This document shows positions 1-10,440 of a stretch of DNA of 64,000 nucleotides, piece by piece (the first letter of the stretch is position 1; the number at the start of each line of letters is the position of its first letter). A model generated the notes under the pieces. It was not told the origin of the DNA. It did no database searches and saw only the letters and a program-made list of their open reading frames with translations. The translations under genes were made by a program, and so were the position numbers. The stretch comes from Gemmatimonadota bacterium (lineage in GTDB: Bacteria; Gemmatimonadota; Gemmatimonadetes; Palauibacterales; KS3-K002), in NCBI GenBank assembly GCA_039586795.1, contig JBDHJS010000013.1, positions 1 through 64,000 of the forward strand. Reading direction: 5' to 3'.

Positions 1-211
1 TCCTCCCCGACAAACTCGACGCCCGCGATGCGCAACCCGGGCTCAGACATCCAGAGAAGAGCCGGAGGCGTTGTCTGACAGAGAAACACCTGATCGGTGC
101 GCGTCAGGAAGGCGAGGGATTCACGACGCGGACTCCAGCGCACGTCGGCCAGGCCAGACCGCGGGTAAAGCCCTTTCGACTCTAGCCACTGCTGAGCCTC
201 CCGATAGACGC

Positions 212-2767
212 TCACTGCTGCGCGTCTCGCTCGTACTTCTCCACCAGCGCTTGGAAGCGAGGGTCGTTCCGAATCGGATCGATTTGCCGATCGAGCACGA
301 TGGACTTGATGGACTCGAGCGACGGCATGGACAAGTAGCGGTCGAACTGCTCGACGGCGGCTTCGACCTCTCCGAATCGCGCGTAGATCGTGGCGAGGTT
401 GCGGACGAAGCCCGGGCCATCGACAGCATCTTCAGAAACCGGTAGCAGCTCCGCCGCGCGTTGCGCCGCCCAAATCGCTTCTTCTTTCAAGCCGATCAGG
501 GAGAAAGTCGTGCTGAGAGAAGCGTAGAGCCGCGGATCTTCAGGTCGCTCTTCAAGCCACGACTCCACCTCGGCGCGCGCCGAGTCGCCCGCCGCCCGCG
601 CCCGGTCGGTTTCACCCAGCCCAGCGTAACACAATCCTGTTAGCAAAGACCGCGGGGCGATGCCTCCCTGCCATTCGAAGTATTCGCGTTCGCTGTGCGA
701 TAAGACGTCAAGCGCCGCAGCGTACTCCCGGTCGAAGTACTCAACGGTCCAACGCAGGACCATGACGGCGCCACCGGGATCGAAGCCCAGTGGAATTGGT
801 TCGAGAAAAGCGCGTAGCGGCCGCGAGTCTCCCATGCCGATGAGCGATACCAGGGTTCTAACCACCGCCACCTCGCCGGCATCGGGCTGAAGCGCGAGGC
901 TCATGTCGAAGTAGCCCTCGGCGTCATCATAGCGACGGAGTGAGAAATACGTCATCCCCATCTCGAATAGCAGGTACGGCTCTCTCGGGCTCAGCTCCAG
1001 CGCGCGCTCGAGGCTCGCCGTCGCCTCTTCCCACTGGCCCTGGCGCTTCTGAGTCAGAGCACGTACCCACAGCAGCCAGGGCGATCCCGGTAGACCCCGC
1101 TCTGCGATCGCCAGCTTCTCCAACGCCACGTCGTGAACGCGGATTACATAGTGGTAGTAGCCGAGCGCGAGCTGTCCCTCGGGCAGGCCAGGGTCGATCT
1201 CGAGTGCCCGGTCGGCCGCTTGCCGGGCCCACCCCAGACGTTCGTCGGATCGATCGAGGCCGTACTCGTAGGCTTCCGCGTGAACGGTCGACAGCCTGGC
1301 GTAGGCCAGAGCGAAGCGAGGATCGAGCGCTATACCCTGCTCTAACATTCTCTGCGCGTTCTCGTAGTTATCCTGGCGGACTCCAGGTCGACCCAGGTAC
1401 TCGAGCGCGCGCAGGTAATAGTCGTAAGCCTCGAAGTCGTCGGTCGGCACCCTTGCAATCTGCCGACGTTCCTCCGGTGTCAGCGTGGCCTGGAGAGCGT
1501 CGGCGATCCGCATCGCGAGATCCCGCTGAACGGCCAGCAGGTTCTCGATGGAAAGCTCCCGGTCGTAAGCTTCGGCAAAGACATGCTCATCGGTTTCGGA
1601 ATCGATGAGCTGGACGTTTATCCGTACTTGCGCTCCGGCTCGCTGCACTCCCCCTTCCAATATGTATCGGGCGTCCAGCTCCTCTCCGATTTGGCGGATG
1701 TTCTTCGGACTGTCACGGTATTCCATCACGGATGTGCGAGCCCTCACGCTCAACCTGCCGATCCTCGACAGACGTGTGAGGATCTCGTCGTGTATGCCGT
1801 CGGTGAAGTACCTGTCGTCTTCTAGCCCGCTCCTGTTCTCGAACGGAAGCACTGCGATGGAGGGATCCCGTCCCGAACCCCGTCCTCCAGTTCCCAGACT
1901 CACGGCGAACCAGCCGGCGACAAGCACTACAGTTGCCGCAGCGGCCGCCCCGGCGATGATCGCCCTCTGCTTGCGAACGACGCGCTGCGTGCGGGCCAAC
2001 GCGCTTCGCAGGCTCGCCGCCTTCTGCCAGCGGTCCTCCGGCTCCCACTCGAGCGCCCGGCGAAGCGGTGCCGCCAGTTCCCCGGGCACATCAGACCAGT
2101 CCGCATTTTCGCCCAGTGACGCGATCGACCACCTTCGGCCCGTCAGCGCTTCGCAGATCAACATTCCGGCCGCGAAGACGTCGGTCGCGGGAGTGACATC
2201 TTCACCGAGGAGCTGCTCCGGTGGCATGTATCGAGGTGTCCCGATACGCTCGCCGGGTGCGGTGAGGCCTTCTTCGGATGGGTCGCTCGGCTTCGCGATA
2301 CCGAAGTCCGCGAGCAACGCGCGGTCGTCGACAAGAAAGATGTTGCTGGGTTTGACATCGCGATGAACGATGCCCCGCTCGTGCGCCGCCTCCAGCGCGG
2401 CGAGCAGGTCGTCTGCTAGCTTCAGCGCCTCTTCTTTGGGCATCGCGCCACTCTCGAGCCGCCGCTTCAGCGTATCGCCCTCCACGTATTCCATGACGTA
2501 ATAGCTGAGGCCATCAGCGTCTCCTGCGGCGTGCACCGGCACAATGTTGGGATGACTCAGCTTGGCGAGTATGCGGGCTTCGCGTAGAAACCGGTCGGAA
2601 GCGTCGGAGCTGATGAGATCCGGCTTGAGTACTTTGATCGCGACATTGCGATCGAGCTTCGGATCGCGCGCCAGGAAGACCGTGCCCATCCCTCCGCTCG
2701 CCAGCTCGCGCTCCACCTCGTACTGAGGCGCGAGGGCGTTACGCAGGCGCTCAAGTAGAGGCGGCAT
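212..2767 (-). CDS. Membrane Hanks-type Ser/Thr kinase with TolB-N-like and TPR domains
   Basis: Motifs LASGGMGTVF, VAIK, HRDVKPSN, DFGIA, GTPRYMPPEQ; one TM helix; SIAVLPFENRS (TolB-N-like); TPRs. Start reassigned to ATG 2767 (MPPLLERL). Confidence 0.92.
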   Translation of the reverse strand: MPPLLERLRNALAPQYEVERELASGGMGTVFLARDPKLDRNVAIKVLKPDLISSDASDRFLREARILAKLSHPNIVPVHAAGDADGLSYYVMEYVEGDTLKRRLESGAMPKEEALKLADDLLAALEAAHERGIVHRDVKPSNIFLVDDRALLADFGIAKPSDPSEEGLTAPGERIGTPRYMPPEQLLGEDVTPATDVFAAGMLICEALTGRRWSIASLGENADWSDVPGELAAPLRRALEWEPEDRWQKAASLRSALARTQRVVRKQRAIIAGAAAAATVVLVAGWFAVSLGTGGRGSGRDPSIAVLPFENRSGLEDDRYFTDGIHDEILTRLSRIGRLSVRARTSVMEYRDSPKNIRQIGEELDARYILEGGVQRAGAQVRINVQLIDSETDEHVFAEAYDRELSIENLLAVQRDLAMRIADALQATLTPEERRQIARVPTDDFEAYDYYLRALEYLGRPGVRQDNYENAQRMLEQGIALDPRFALAYARLSTVHAEAYEYGLDRSDERLGWARQAADRALEIDPGLPEGQLALGYYHYVIRVHDVALEKLAIAERGLPGSPWLLWVRALTQKRQGQWEEATASLERALELSPREPYLLFEMGMTYFSLRRYDDAEGYFDMSLALQPDAGEVAVVRTLVSLIGMGDSRPLRAFLEPIPLGFDPGGAVMVLRWTVEYFDREYAAALDVLSHSEREYFEWQGGIAPRSLLTGLCYAGLGETDRARAAGDSARAEVESWLEERPEDPRLYASLSTTFSLIGLKEEAIWAAQRAAELLPVSEDAVDGPGFVRNLATIYARFGEVEAAVEQFDRYLSMPSLESIKSIVLDRQIDPIRNDPRFQALVEKYERDAQQ

Positions 2768-2805
2768 GGTCGGATGCCTTATTTTGATGAATTCACTGGT
2801 CGGGT

Positions 2806-2856
2806 TGGCTACAAGATGCGGACCATGCAAGTGTCGAGCAATGAGCGACGGTACTC
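2806..2856 (-). promoter_or_regulatory. Conserved promoter module (TTGCTC-17-CATCTT), copy 1
   Basis: 38/51 identical, ungapped, to 16092-16142; both lie just upstream of TolB-N/TPR genes. Confidence 0.6.
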
Positions 2857-3516
2857 CCCCACTGGCCCGTCATTCCACACACGCTCCGCCTCGAACCCGG
2901 CGTCGGACAATACGGCCAGCTCCGCTTCCAACGGCAGGTAGGTATCCTCTTCCGACCACTCTTCGAAGTACTGCCAGGCCCGATCCTCATCGATACCACT
3001 GGCCACCATGTGGTCGGCCCAGTGCCGATAGAGTTGCTCACGCTCTTCATCATCGACCGGCATGTTCACGTCGCTGTTGACGAAGACGCCGCCCGGGCGC
3101 AGCGCGTCGAATAGCCTGCCGAAAAACTCCGACTTCTTCTCGATGGTCGGGATGTGATGAAGGGAGAGCGATGCCCCGAAAGCATCGCACTCCGCAAGGT
3201 GTTCGAAATAGGAGCGCAAGGTGAATCGCACGCGCGCGCTAAACCGCGCCAGTCGTTCTTTCGCCTGGTCCATCATCTCCGGATCGACGTCGAGCAGCTC
3301 CAGCCGCCCGACGCCTGGTCTCTCCAGCAACGCCTCCGATAGCGCGCCCGTCCCCGCGCCCAGGTCGATGACCAGCGCCGGCTCAACCGCGCTCACCGCC
3401 TCGGCCGCAACCCTGAGCATGAACTCGTAGCCAGGAATGAAACGACGGATCGCCACGTCGTATTCGTCGTTGCCAAGCCGAAGATGCTCGCGAGCGCTGT
3501 GCGACACGGCTTCCAT
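2809..3516 (-). CDS. Class I SAM-dependent methyltransferase, C-terminus possibly replaced
   Basis: IDLGAGTG motif I, SLSLHH, LRPGGVFV; the last ~15 codons run through the neighbouring promoter module. Confidence 0.85.
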   Translation of the reverse strand: MEAVSHSAREHLRLGNDEYDVAIRRFIPGYEFMLRVAAEAVSAVEPALVIDLGAGTGALSEALLERPGVGRLELLDVDPEMMDQAKERLARFSARVRFTLRSYFEHLAECDAFGASLSLHHIPTIEKKSEFFGRLFDALRPGGVFVNSDVNMPVDDEEREQLYRHWADHMVASGIDEDRAWQYFEEWSEEDTYLPLEAELAVLSDAGFEAERVWNDGPVGEYRRSLLDTCMVRIL

Positions 3517-3658
3517 CCTGGAGAGCGGGTCGGTTTGCCCAGAGTGATCGAGTGGTAGTATGCTATCCAAGTTCACGCCCTTACATCCCCGCCGCAACTG
3601 GCGCATCGAGCGGCGAAGAGCACCCACTCAGGGCCAGCAATCGCAGAACTTTGACTCC

Positions 3659-4222
3659 ATGACCGCGTTCGAATTCCTTTCGGTGGCGCTCTCCTTCGTG
3701 CTGGGCCTGGCGGTGACGCTGCTGCTGACGTCTTTTCTCGGCGTCTTCCGCCACCGACGAACCACCAGAATAGACTGGCTCCCGCTCATTTGGGCCGTGT
3801 ACGTCCTTGCCTTTCAGTTCCAGTACTGGTGGGCGCTCTGGGAGCTGGCCGCGCTGCCGCGGTGGACCGTCGCCACTTTCGGACTGGTCTTGGGGCTGGC
3901 GGCTCTGCTCTTTCTTGCTGGAGGCCTGGTCCTTCCGACTGGCGTGGGCGAGTATCCCGCGGACCTCGGATCCTACTTCGAAGATGACGGAAAATGGGGC
4001 GTTGTAGCGCTGGCCGCCTACGGCGTGCTGGGTACGTTCGGAAACGTCGCGCTCTTCCATTCGCGCCTCCTGACCACGCTCCACTACCTCATTGCGGCTG
4101 AGACGATACTTGGACTAATCGTATTCTTCGCGAGCGGTCGCCGAACCCGGGTAATCGCCACCCTGCTCTTTGGCATGCTCGTGTGCTTCTCGATCGTCCG
4201 AGCCACCACATTTGCCTACTAG
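3659..4222 (+). CDS. Hypothetical multi-pass membrane protein
   Basis: About six hydrophobic segments; start MTAFEFLSVALS. Confidence 0.75.
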   Translation: MTAFEFLSVALSFVLGLAVTLLLTSFLGVFRHRRTTRIDWLPLIWAVYVLAFQFQYWWALWELAALPRWTVATFGLVLGLAALLFLAGGLVLPTGVGEYPADLGSYFEDDGKWGVVALAAYGVLGTFGNVALFHSRLLTTLHYLIAAETILGLIVFFASGRRTRVIATLLFGMLVCFSIVRATTFAY

Positions 4223-4233
4223 GAAAGAGGAAC

Positions 4234-4800
4234 GTGGGTCTCGCGGACTACTTCCATTCCGTTGCCACCGGACCCAGGCGCCGACGCCAACGCTTGACGC
4301 CACTGGGCCTCCTTGTTTTCGCTACCACCCTGGCCATCGTGATCATCGGTGGCCTTAACACGGATAGTTGGTTGGCCTTGCCCCCACTCCTGCCGGGGAC
4401 CGCCAGCACTATCGCCGGCGCCCTCTTCCTGACAGCTGGTGCATGGCTATGCGGTTGGTGCGTGGTGCGATTTCTCAAGGCGCGTGGAACGCCGGTGCCG
4501 CTCAACCCTCCTGACGAGCTCATCGTAAGTGGGCCGTACGCATTCGTCCGCAATCCGATGCTCAGCGGTGTCTTCGGAGCTCTCTTCGGCCTCGGCCTGC
4601 TGTACCATTCCGTCGGGCTTGCCTTGATCTGGACGCCGGCGTACTCCGTCTTGCACATGATCGAATTGAGATGGGTGGAGGAGCCGGAACTCGAGCAGCG
4701 GTTCGGAGCGGCCTACACGGACTACCGAGCGCGAGTCCCGATGTTCATCCCGCGCCTGCGACGTTATCGTACGCCAGCCGCACCGTCCAAGACGGGTTAG
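4234..4800 (+). CDS. Isoprenylcysteine carboxyl methyltransferase/PEMT-family membrane protein
   Basis: GTPVP, GPYAFVRNPM, EEPELEQRFGAAYTDYRARVP; GAGG RBS before GTG 4234. Confidence 0.85.
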   Translation: MGLADYFHSVATGPRRRRQRLTPLGLLVFATTLAIVIIGGLNTDSWLALPPLLPGTASTIAGALFLTAGAWLCGWCVVRFLKARGTPVPLNPPDELIVSGPYAFVRNPMLSGVFGALFGLGLLYHSVGLALIWTPAYSVLHMIELRWVEEPELEQRFGAAYTDYRARVPMFIPRLRRYRTPAAPSKTG

Positions 4801-4804
4801 AGCT

Positions 4805-6052
4805 GTGGACGAGGTGGGTAGCCTTGATGTGCGGACCAGTTTCATAACGACGCGCATACTTCCGTTCGCCGTCGGGATCATCAGCCTTCCCCTCGCCTAC
4901 TACGTCCGAACCTGGGATAGTCTGTCCACCGTCCGTAGAATCTGCCCGAGATTGTTCTGCGACTTCTCAGATTACTACTATCCCATGGGCGAGGTCATAT
5001 TCCAAACCCATCTTCCCATCGACGGTTATCTCTATTCCCCTTTCATCGCCATTCTGCTGGCGATCTTCCCTCCGCTGGGACTCGACGCTTCGCTTGTTCT
5101 CTGGGGCGTTTTGCAGGTCGTCTTCGTTTCGCTGTATGTTCATGTCTTCCGCCGGCTCGTCCCGGCGGGCCTCACGGTTCAGCTCATTTTCATCACCTTG
5201 GTCCTCACGTCACAGCCCCTGCTGCTGAACCTCATGGGGGGCCAGGTTAGCGTCTTTATTATAGGGGGCATTCTGGGCACGCTCGCCCTCTACGAGCGCG
5301 ATCGCCGCGCTGCCGCCGCCGGCTCCCTAGCCTTCGCGGTGAGCTTCAAGTTCTACCCGATCCTATTCATTGCACCGTTCGCCGCTCGCCGTGATGCGCG
5401 TTTCGTGCTATTCGCTATCGGCGCCTGTATCGCATTCTTGCTCGTCGTGCCCGGCGTTCTCCTGGGTCCCGCCGATACGCTTCGCTTCTACGGTGGGCTG
5501 GTCGACCAGTTCCGCGATTCCGGCTGGGTGGTCACGAACCCTCATTCCCAGTTCCTTCCTCACGTCGTCCTTCGCTTTACCGGTGCTACCGACGCCCAGC
5601 TTCCGCTCCTGCACGTGATCAGCTACGCTGTGGCGGCCGCTAACATGGGACTGGTCTACCTGGTTCAGCGCGGGCGACTGCGCCACGCCGATCTGTGGAG
5701 TATGCAGATCGTCTTCCTGACGATCCCGTTCGTGCTGAAGACATCTTGGACGCACGACTTCGTCTTCTTCTCGTTCACTCAAGCCTTTCTGGCCTGGCAG
5801 CTCATGGAGGCAAAAACGGCGGCGCCGGAGATCGATACGGCACAGGAGCGCCCTCCCGAGCGCTCGACGGTTACGTGGACTCTCCTTATCGCGTCGATCG
5901 TCCTTTCCAACATCGTCTTCTATAATCTGGTCGGAGACTTCACTCGCTACGGCTCACTGAGCTTCCACTTCTGGGCAAACTTGCTCCTGCTGATCGCGAT
6001 ATACGTGGAGGTTCTGCCGCCGGCGCTGCAGAGGCTTCGCGAACCAGTCTGA
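4805..6052 (+). CDS. GT-C membrane glycosyltransferase, GT87/DUF2029-like
   Basis: DFSDYY, YLYSP, GQVS, KFYP, WTHD motifs; many TM helices; start uncertain. Confidence 0.75.
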   Translation: MDEVGSLDVRTSFITTRILPFAVGIISLPLAYYVRTWDSLSTVRRICPRLFCDFSDYYYPMGEVIFQTHLPIDGYLYSPFIAILLAIFPPLGLDASLVLWGVLQVVFVSLYVHVFRRLVPAGLTVQLIFITLVLTSQPLLLNLMGGQVSVFIIGGILGTLALYERDRRAAAAGSLAFAVSFKFYPILFIAPFAARRDARFVLFAIGACIAFLLVVPGVLLGPADTLRFYGGLVDQFRDSGWVVTNPHSQFLPHVVLRFTGATDAQLPLLHVISYAVAAANMGLVYLVQRGRLRHADLWSMQIVFLTIPFVLKTSWTHDFVFFSFTQAFLAWQLMEAKTAAPEIDTAQERPPERSTVTWTLLIASIVLSNIVFYNLVGDFTRYGSLSFHFWANLLLLIAIYVEVLPPALQRLREPV

Positions 6053-6151
6053 GCAGCGCCCCTCTCTAGCGGCGGGCCCGCCTCGTTTAACGAACCTCCC
6101 GAACGCAGCATCTCCACAGAGGGCGCCTAGCGTACGAAAGAGGCATACGAC

Positions 6152-6745
6152 ATGAACATCTATCGATCGGCATGCGTCATCGCACTAACGTTGTCACCCC
6201 TCGGCTGCGGGTTGTTCGGAGATAACGGCGAGTTGAAGACCTACCAGGTCAACCACCACCGCCTCGAGTGCTCGGGCGTCGCAATGACTCTTTGTTTGCT
6301 GGTCCGGGAAAGCGCCACCGAGGATTTCACGTTTATGTACGAGACGCCCCGCGGCTTCGAGTACGAGTGGGGCTACCTGTACGCGATCGAGGTCGAAGAA
6401 CGCGAACTCTCCGAAGTCCCGGCGGATGCATCATCGATCAGCCGAACGCTGCGCGAGGTGATTTCAAAGGAGCGAGTCGAAGCCGGTACTGCGTTTGACA
6501 TGATACTGAGCGCCGCTGAATCGCGGGTTATTCAGCTCTCCCCCAATCTCTACCGCTTTTACAACACAGCCAACTTCGAATGCGCCGACACCGACTGCGA
6601 AGGCCTGGCCGCGGCGATCGCCGACGGCGCCCGCATCCTCTATAGCTTCGAGCACCCAGCGGAGCCGAACGATCCACTGCGCCTCAGCGATTGGAAGCTC
6701 TGCGACGCACAGTTGGTCGGTAGCCAGACCTGCAATGAACCTTAG
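6152..6745 (+). CDS. DUF4377-like lipoprotein
   Basis: Lipobox PLGC; C-x5-CLLVR and GFEYEWGYLY, PADASS motifs. Confidence 0.75.
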   Translation: MNIYRSACVIALTLSPLGCGLFGDNGELKTYQVNHHRLECSGVAMTLCLLVRESATEDFTFMYETPRGFEYEWGYLYAIEVEERELSEVPADASSISRTLREVISKERVEAGTAFDMILSAAESRVIQLSPNLYRFYNTANFECADTDCEGLAAAIADGARILYSFEHPAEPNDPLRLSDWKLCDAQLVGSQTCNEP

Positions 6746-6774
6746 ACCCTGCCGTGAGTCCTGGTCCGACGCAC

Positions 6775-8238
6775 CTAGTTCGAGTGCGTCCGGCCGCGCC
6801 GCTGCGGCCCACCCATGTGCGTCGGCCACGGCGCATCGGTGGCGGGGCCGACCGTGTCACGCACTGCCGCGACGCCGGTTACGGTGGGCGAGTAGACTGT
6901 ACCATCTTCACCTAATACCACACCGAAGTAGGCGGCCGCGTCGATCTGCGTCGCGAAGCGAAGCTCGCCGGCTTCGTTGTAGCTATAGAGCGAGTCGCCG
7001 TGCGTCAGGTATATGACGCCATTCGCGCCCAGAGTGACGGCTCTTCCGAAACTCGCGTCCATATCCCCGACCTCGGCTTCGGGGTCTCCGGCCATATTGA
7101 GTATCCGATAACCGCCCCTGCAATTCGCCATGTAGAGATTCTCCCGACCGATCGTCATGCCGGAATCAACGAAATAGCCGAGCTCGCGACGCCAGATGAC
7201 CTCCCCTGAGGGAGTGAAGGCCGCCGCCGCGCGGTACCTCGCGGCGTAAATCGTACCGTCGGAACTCACAGCCGGCATCCAGTCACGATATCCTGAGTAC
7301 GGCAAACTAGCAGACCACTCTACGACGCCCGTTCGGGTATCGACCGCGAAGATCGAGTCATGTGTGTGAATGGCCACCGCGAGCGTGTCACCGACGAGCA
7401 CCGTCGAACCTTGAAACGTCTTTCTCGGGTCTCCCTCGAACGCACCGATGGGAACCCGCCACTTGAGGCTCCCGTCCGGATGCAGCCCGTACATAGGTGC
7501 GTCAGCCTCCGTGCTCACGAAATAGACCGAGCCATCTTCCGCCACCGCGAGGCTGCCCTCCACCCGGTAGGTCGGGCTGCCCGGTGGACCGTGGTGCTCC
7601 GTGAAGAAAGTCCAACGCCGGGTGCCGTCCGAGTTGAAGGCGAGCACTCCGCCTTCCTGGTCAACGTCCGCTTCGGCGTGTGGAATGTAGATCGTTCCAT
7701 CCGACCCTAGAGCTACGAACCCGCGGTAGTTGGCCTTGAACGTCTCAGAATGCCAGTTGGCGACCCCACCCGGACCGATCGCGATTATCCTGTGGCTCGA
7801 TTCGCCGTCGGACTCGAGCGCGTATACAACGCCTCCGGGACCCAACGTGATCTTGTTCCCGCCGCGGATGGGAGCTTCCCAGATAACCCGACCGACGGAC
7901 TCCGCGACATCCAGGTCTACCGAGACTGAATCTTCTCGATCCTCATACTGAGCATGGAAAACGAATCTCACTCGACCCAAGCGGACAATATGCCGCATCA
8001 TTCGTCCGGGTACGGATCCGATCGTTTCCCCCGTCCACCAGACGGAATCCTCGGGCAATAGACCGACGTCCGTGGCCGTCGCTTCGCCCATGAACAGAAC
8101 CGTATCGCGATCGAACACGCTGTCCGTCGCGAGGGGCGAGACAATGTAAGCTTGCAGCGTGCCTGGTTCAGGCTCGACCATTTCTTCCTCGCAGCCGACC
8201 AGAGCCAACAACACAAGCAACGCGACGAGCAGTCTCAT
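6775..8238 (-). CDS. PQQ-like beta-propeller lipoprotein
   Basis: Lipobox LVGC; repeated DGT/SxxW and PAxxxDGTIY blades. Confidence 0.85.
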   Translation of the reverse strand: MRLLVALLVLLALVGCEEEMVEPEPGTLQAYIVSPLATDSVFDRDTVLFMGEATATDVGLLPEDSVWWTGETIGSVPGRMMRHIVRLGRVRFVFHAQYEDREDSVSVDLDVAESVGRVIWEAPIRGGNKITLGPGGVVYALESDGESSHRIIAIGPGGVANWHSETFKANYRGFVALGSDGTIYIPHAEADVDQEGGVLAFNSDGTRRWTFFTEHHGPPGSPTYRVEGSLAVAEDGSVYFVSTEADAPMYGLHPDGSLKWRVPIGAFEGDPRKTFQGSTVLVGDTLAVAIHTHDSIFAVDTRTGVVEWSASLPYSGYRDWMPAVSSDGTIYAARYRAAAAFTPSGEVIWRRELGYFVDSGMTIGRENLYMANCRGGYRILNMAGDPEAEVGDMDASFGRAVTLGANGVIYLTHGDSLYSYNEAGELRFATQIDAAAYFGVVLGEDGTVYSPTVTGVAAVRDTVGPATDAPWPTHMGGPQRRGRTHSN

Positions 8239-10097
8239 GGCGATCTCGCTCGGCTTGTCCGCTTAGGTCCCGCGTATGACATGGGCCAGGCGGAGTTGAG
8301 CGGTCCGGCGCCGATGTCTAGCGCTTCCACGTAGTCGGCCCAATCGACGAAGACAGCAAGTCCGCTCTCGGTGATGAGGAAACTATCGACAATCCATGCG
8401 AACTTATGTCGCCAGAGCTCGGTGCCGGTCACCGCATCATAGGAAATGGCTTCATCGCGACCGCAGAGAATGATTTGTCCGTTCGCCGCGAGCGCCGGCG
8501 GAGCCCACCAGTTCCAGGTCGGGTCGGCCACCCTCCACAGCTCACTACCGTCGTTGTCGACAGCGGACAGGGTGACCGCACCGGATTCGTAAGCGTAGTA
8601 GACCGTGCCGTCGCCCACGACAATTGCTGTCGGCTCGCCTTCTCCCCCCGCGAAGCGCCACCGTATCGCGCCGTCGTCATCGACGGCGAACAAGGTGTCG
8701 CTATCAGAGAATTCGACTACGACGACGATCGTCGTGTCGTCGGCTATCGCGAGCGATGACGTCGTCCACGCGCCGCTCCAGGGAAGCTTCCATCGCTCCG
8801 CACCGTCGCTAGTAAGCGCAACCAGGGTAGCGCCCCACCAGTCCATGTAGCCGGCGTAGATCGTTCCGTCCCTGCCAACGGCGAGCTGCTCAATGAAGCT
8901 CCAGGCAGTGTCTAGCTGCACACTCCACACAACATCTCCTGAAACAGAGACTCTTCGTAGCCTAGCCCGGTCATCTGTGCCGACGATGGGCACGATCAGC
9001 GAGCCGTCTTCGAGAACCGCAGGGCCGAAGTCCGGGTAGCCTTCAACGTCTGGTGCCATCACCCAGTTCTGGGCTCCCGCCGAGGAGAGACTCAACAGCT
9101 CCTTTTCTCTTCCACTGCCTTCTGCCTCGAGCACTCTGGCTAGGTAGATGTGATCGTTGCTGCCGGTCACGAGAGGTGGCGATCCAGCAGGAGAATCGAC
9201 GGCCCATCGTTGATCTCCATCTTCCGTTAGAGTAACCACCCTTCTCATGACGTTGTCGCTCGAGCCCTGTCGCCACCCATCGTGAAGCACGAGCAGCCCG
9301 CTACTTGTTGAGGAGACGTGACTGAACACATTTTCCCTGCGGCTCGGGAAACGTTTCCGCCACAGCGCCGGCGTGAGCGGATCGTAGGCCACGGTCGAGT
9401 AGCGTGCGGTGTCCGCCGCGCCAGCCGGATCGCTGACGTGAACGGTCAGTTCGTAGAACACATCGAGCGACTCGGGTAGAAAATGGAGCTCGGCGCCTGT
9501 GGCCAATGCGATCAGCGAGTCATTGGTCGTTCTGTACCACTCAAAACCTTCGGTACGGACCGTATCGCCGTCTGGGTCGGAGTAGACAGCGACGAGCCTG
9601 ACCGTGTCGCCGGCCGGAACGCGTCTGAAGTAGTCGTCAGTCAATTCCTCGATGCTGGCCTCGGGGCGCGAATTGGGTCGGGTGATGAAGCGGCGCTCAG
9701 CCACCCCCTCCGCTCCATTTGCGAACCGGGCCACGGCCCGCACAACCTCCAAACCTTCCCCCAGGGGCGAATACAACAGGCTGTCGGCGACGACACTGTC
9801 GCCGCGCGGATGCACAGTCCAGTGAACCGAGAGGGGAGGCTGCGCGGTCCAGTGACCGGTACGCGAAGGAAGTAACGAGGCGACAGAGAGCGTGATCTCA
9901 TCGTAGAGCCGCAGCGTATCGCGGTTCGGACTGGCGACGATCTGGATTGGAACGAGGGCGTCGGGGGCAACCACCTCATCCTTGCAGGATACGGCGCCGA
10001 AGCCACCGATAAGGAGTATCAGTGTTGTCTTATGAAGAAACCGAATGAACTGTCTGGGCCACGGTCGACTACGATGGCCGTTGACAAACAGAGACAT
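8235..10097 (-). CDS. Ig-like plus PQQ-like beta-propeller lipoprotein
   Basis: Lipobox AVSC; SDPDGD Ig-like motif; DGxxxW repeats; ATGA overlap with the next gene; start uncertain. Confidence 0.8.
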   Translation of the reverse strand: MSLFVNGHRSRPWPRQFIRFLHKTTLILLIGGFGAVSCKDEVVAPDALVPIQIVASPNRDTLRLYDEITLSVASLLPSRTGHWTAQPPLSVHWTVHPRGDSVVADSLLYSPLGEGLEVVRAVARFANGAEGVAERRFITRPNSRPEASIEELTDDYFRRVPAGDTVRLVAVYSDPDGDTVRTEGFEWYRTTNDSLIALATGAELHFLPESLDVFYELTVHVSDPAGAADTARYSTVAYDPLTPALWRKRFPSRRENVFSHVSSTSSGLLVLHDGWRQGSSDNVMRRVVTLTEDGDQRWAVDSPAGSPPLVTGSNDHIYLARVLEAEGSGREKELLSLSSAGAQNWVMAPDVEGYPDFGPAVLEDGSLIVPIVGTDDRARLRRVSVSGDVVWSVQLDTAWSFIEQLAVGRDGTIYAGYMDWWGATLVALTSDGAERWKLPWSGAWTTSSLAIADDTTIVVVVEFSDSDTLFAVDDDGAIRWRFAGGEGEPTAIVVGDGTVYYAYESGAVTLSAVDNDGSELWRVADPTWNWWAPPALAANGQIILCGRDEAISYDAVTGTELWRHKFAWIVDSFLITESGLAVFVDWADYVEALDIGAGPLNSAWPMSYAGPKRTSRARSP

Positions 10098-10440
10098 GAA
10101 AGCCGACACACCGCGGGTACGGCGCGTCGGCGGAGCGCTACATATAGACTCCCTGTACAACACGGCTGGTCACTTTCGTGCCTGGCACGTCTTCTCGACT
10201 CAGCCCATCAACCGTTGTTCAATATACAGCCGGCAATCGCAACGAGCTATGACGGCGACTCGAGCTCTCCTAGGCCACCGGCGAACACCAGTAACCTTCG
10301 GCGCGCGTGACGTGTACGGGATAGACCTGCCGTAGCCAGACGGTCCGGTCTCCCGCACGTCCCGTACGTTCCTTAGAATGAAACCCTGAGAACGTACGAT
10401 CACCTTGTCAGGAACAGGACGGCCTGGGGAGGGTCTGGAC

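Noticed and set aside
1..50. Possible gene start MSEPGLRIAGVEFVGE (EngB/YihA-like) on the minus strand
   Set aside because: Only 16 codons are visible and there is no RBS; cannot be supported.
3659..6745. Integron cassette array
   Set aside because: The genes are co-oriented, but there are no RYYYAAC/GTTRRRY attC pairs and no intI.
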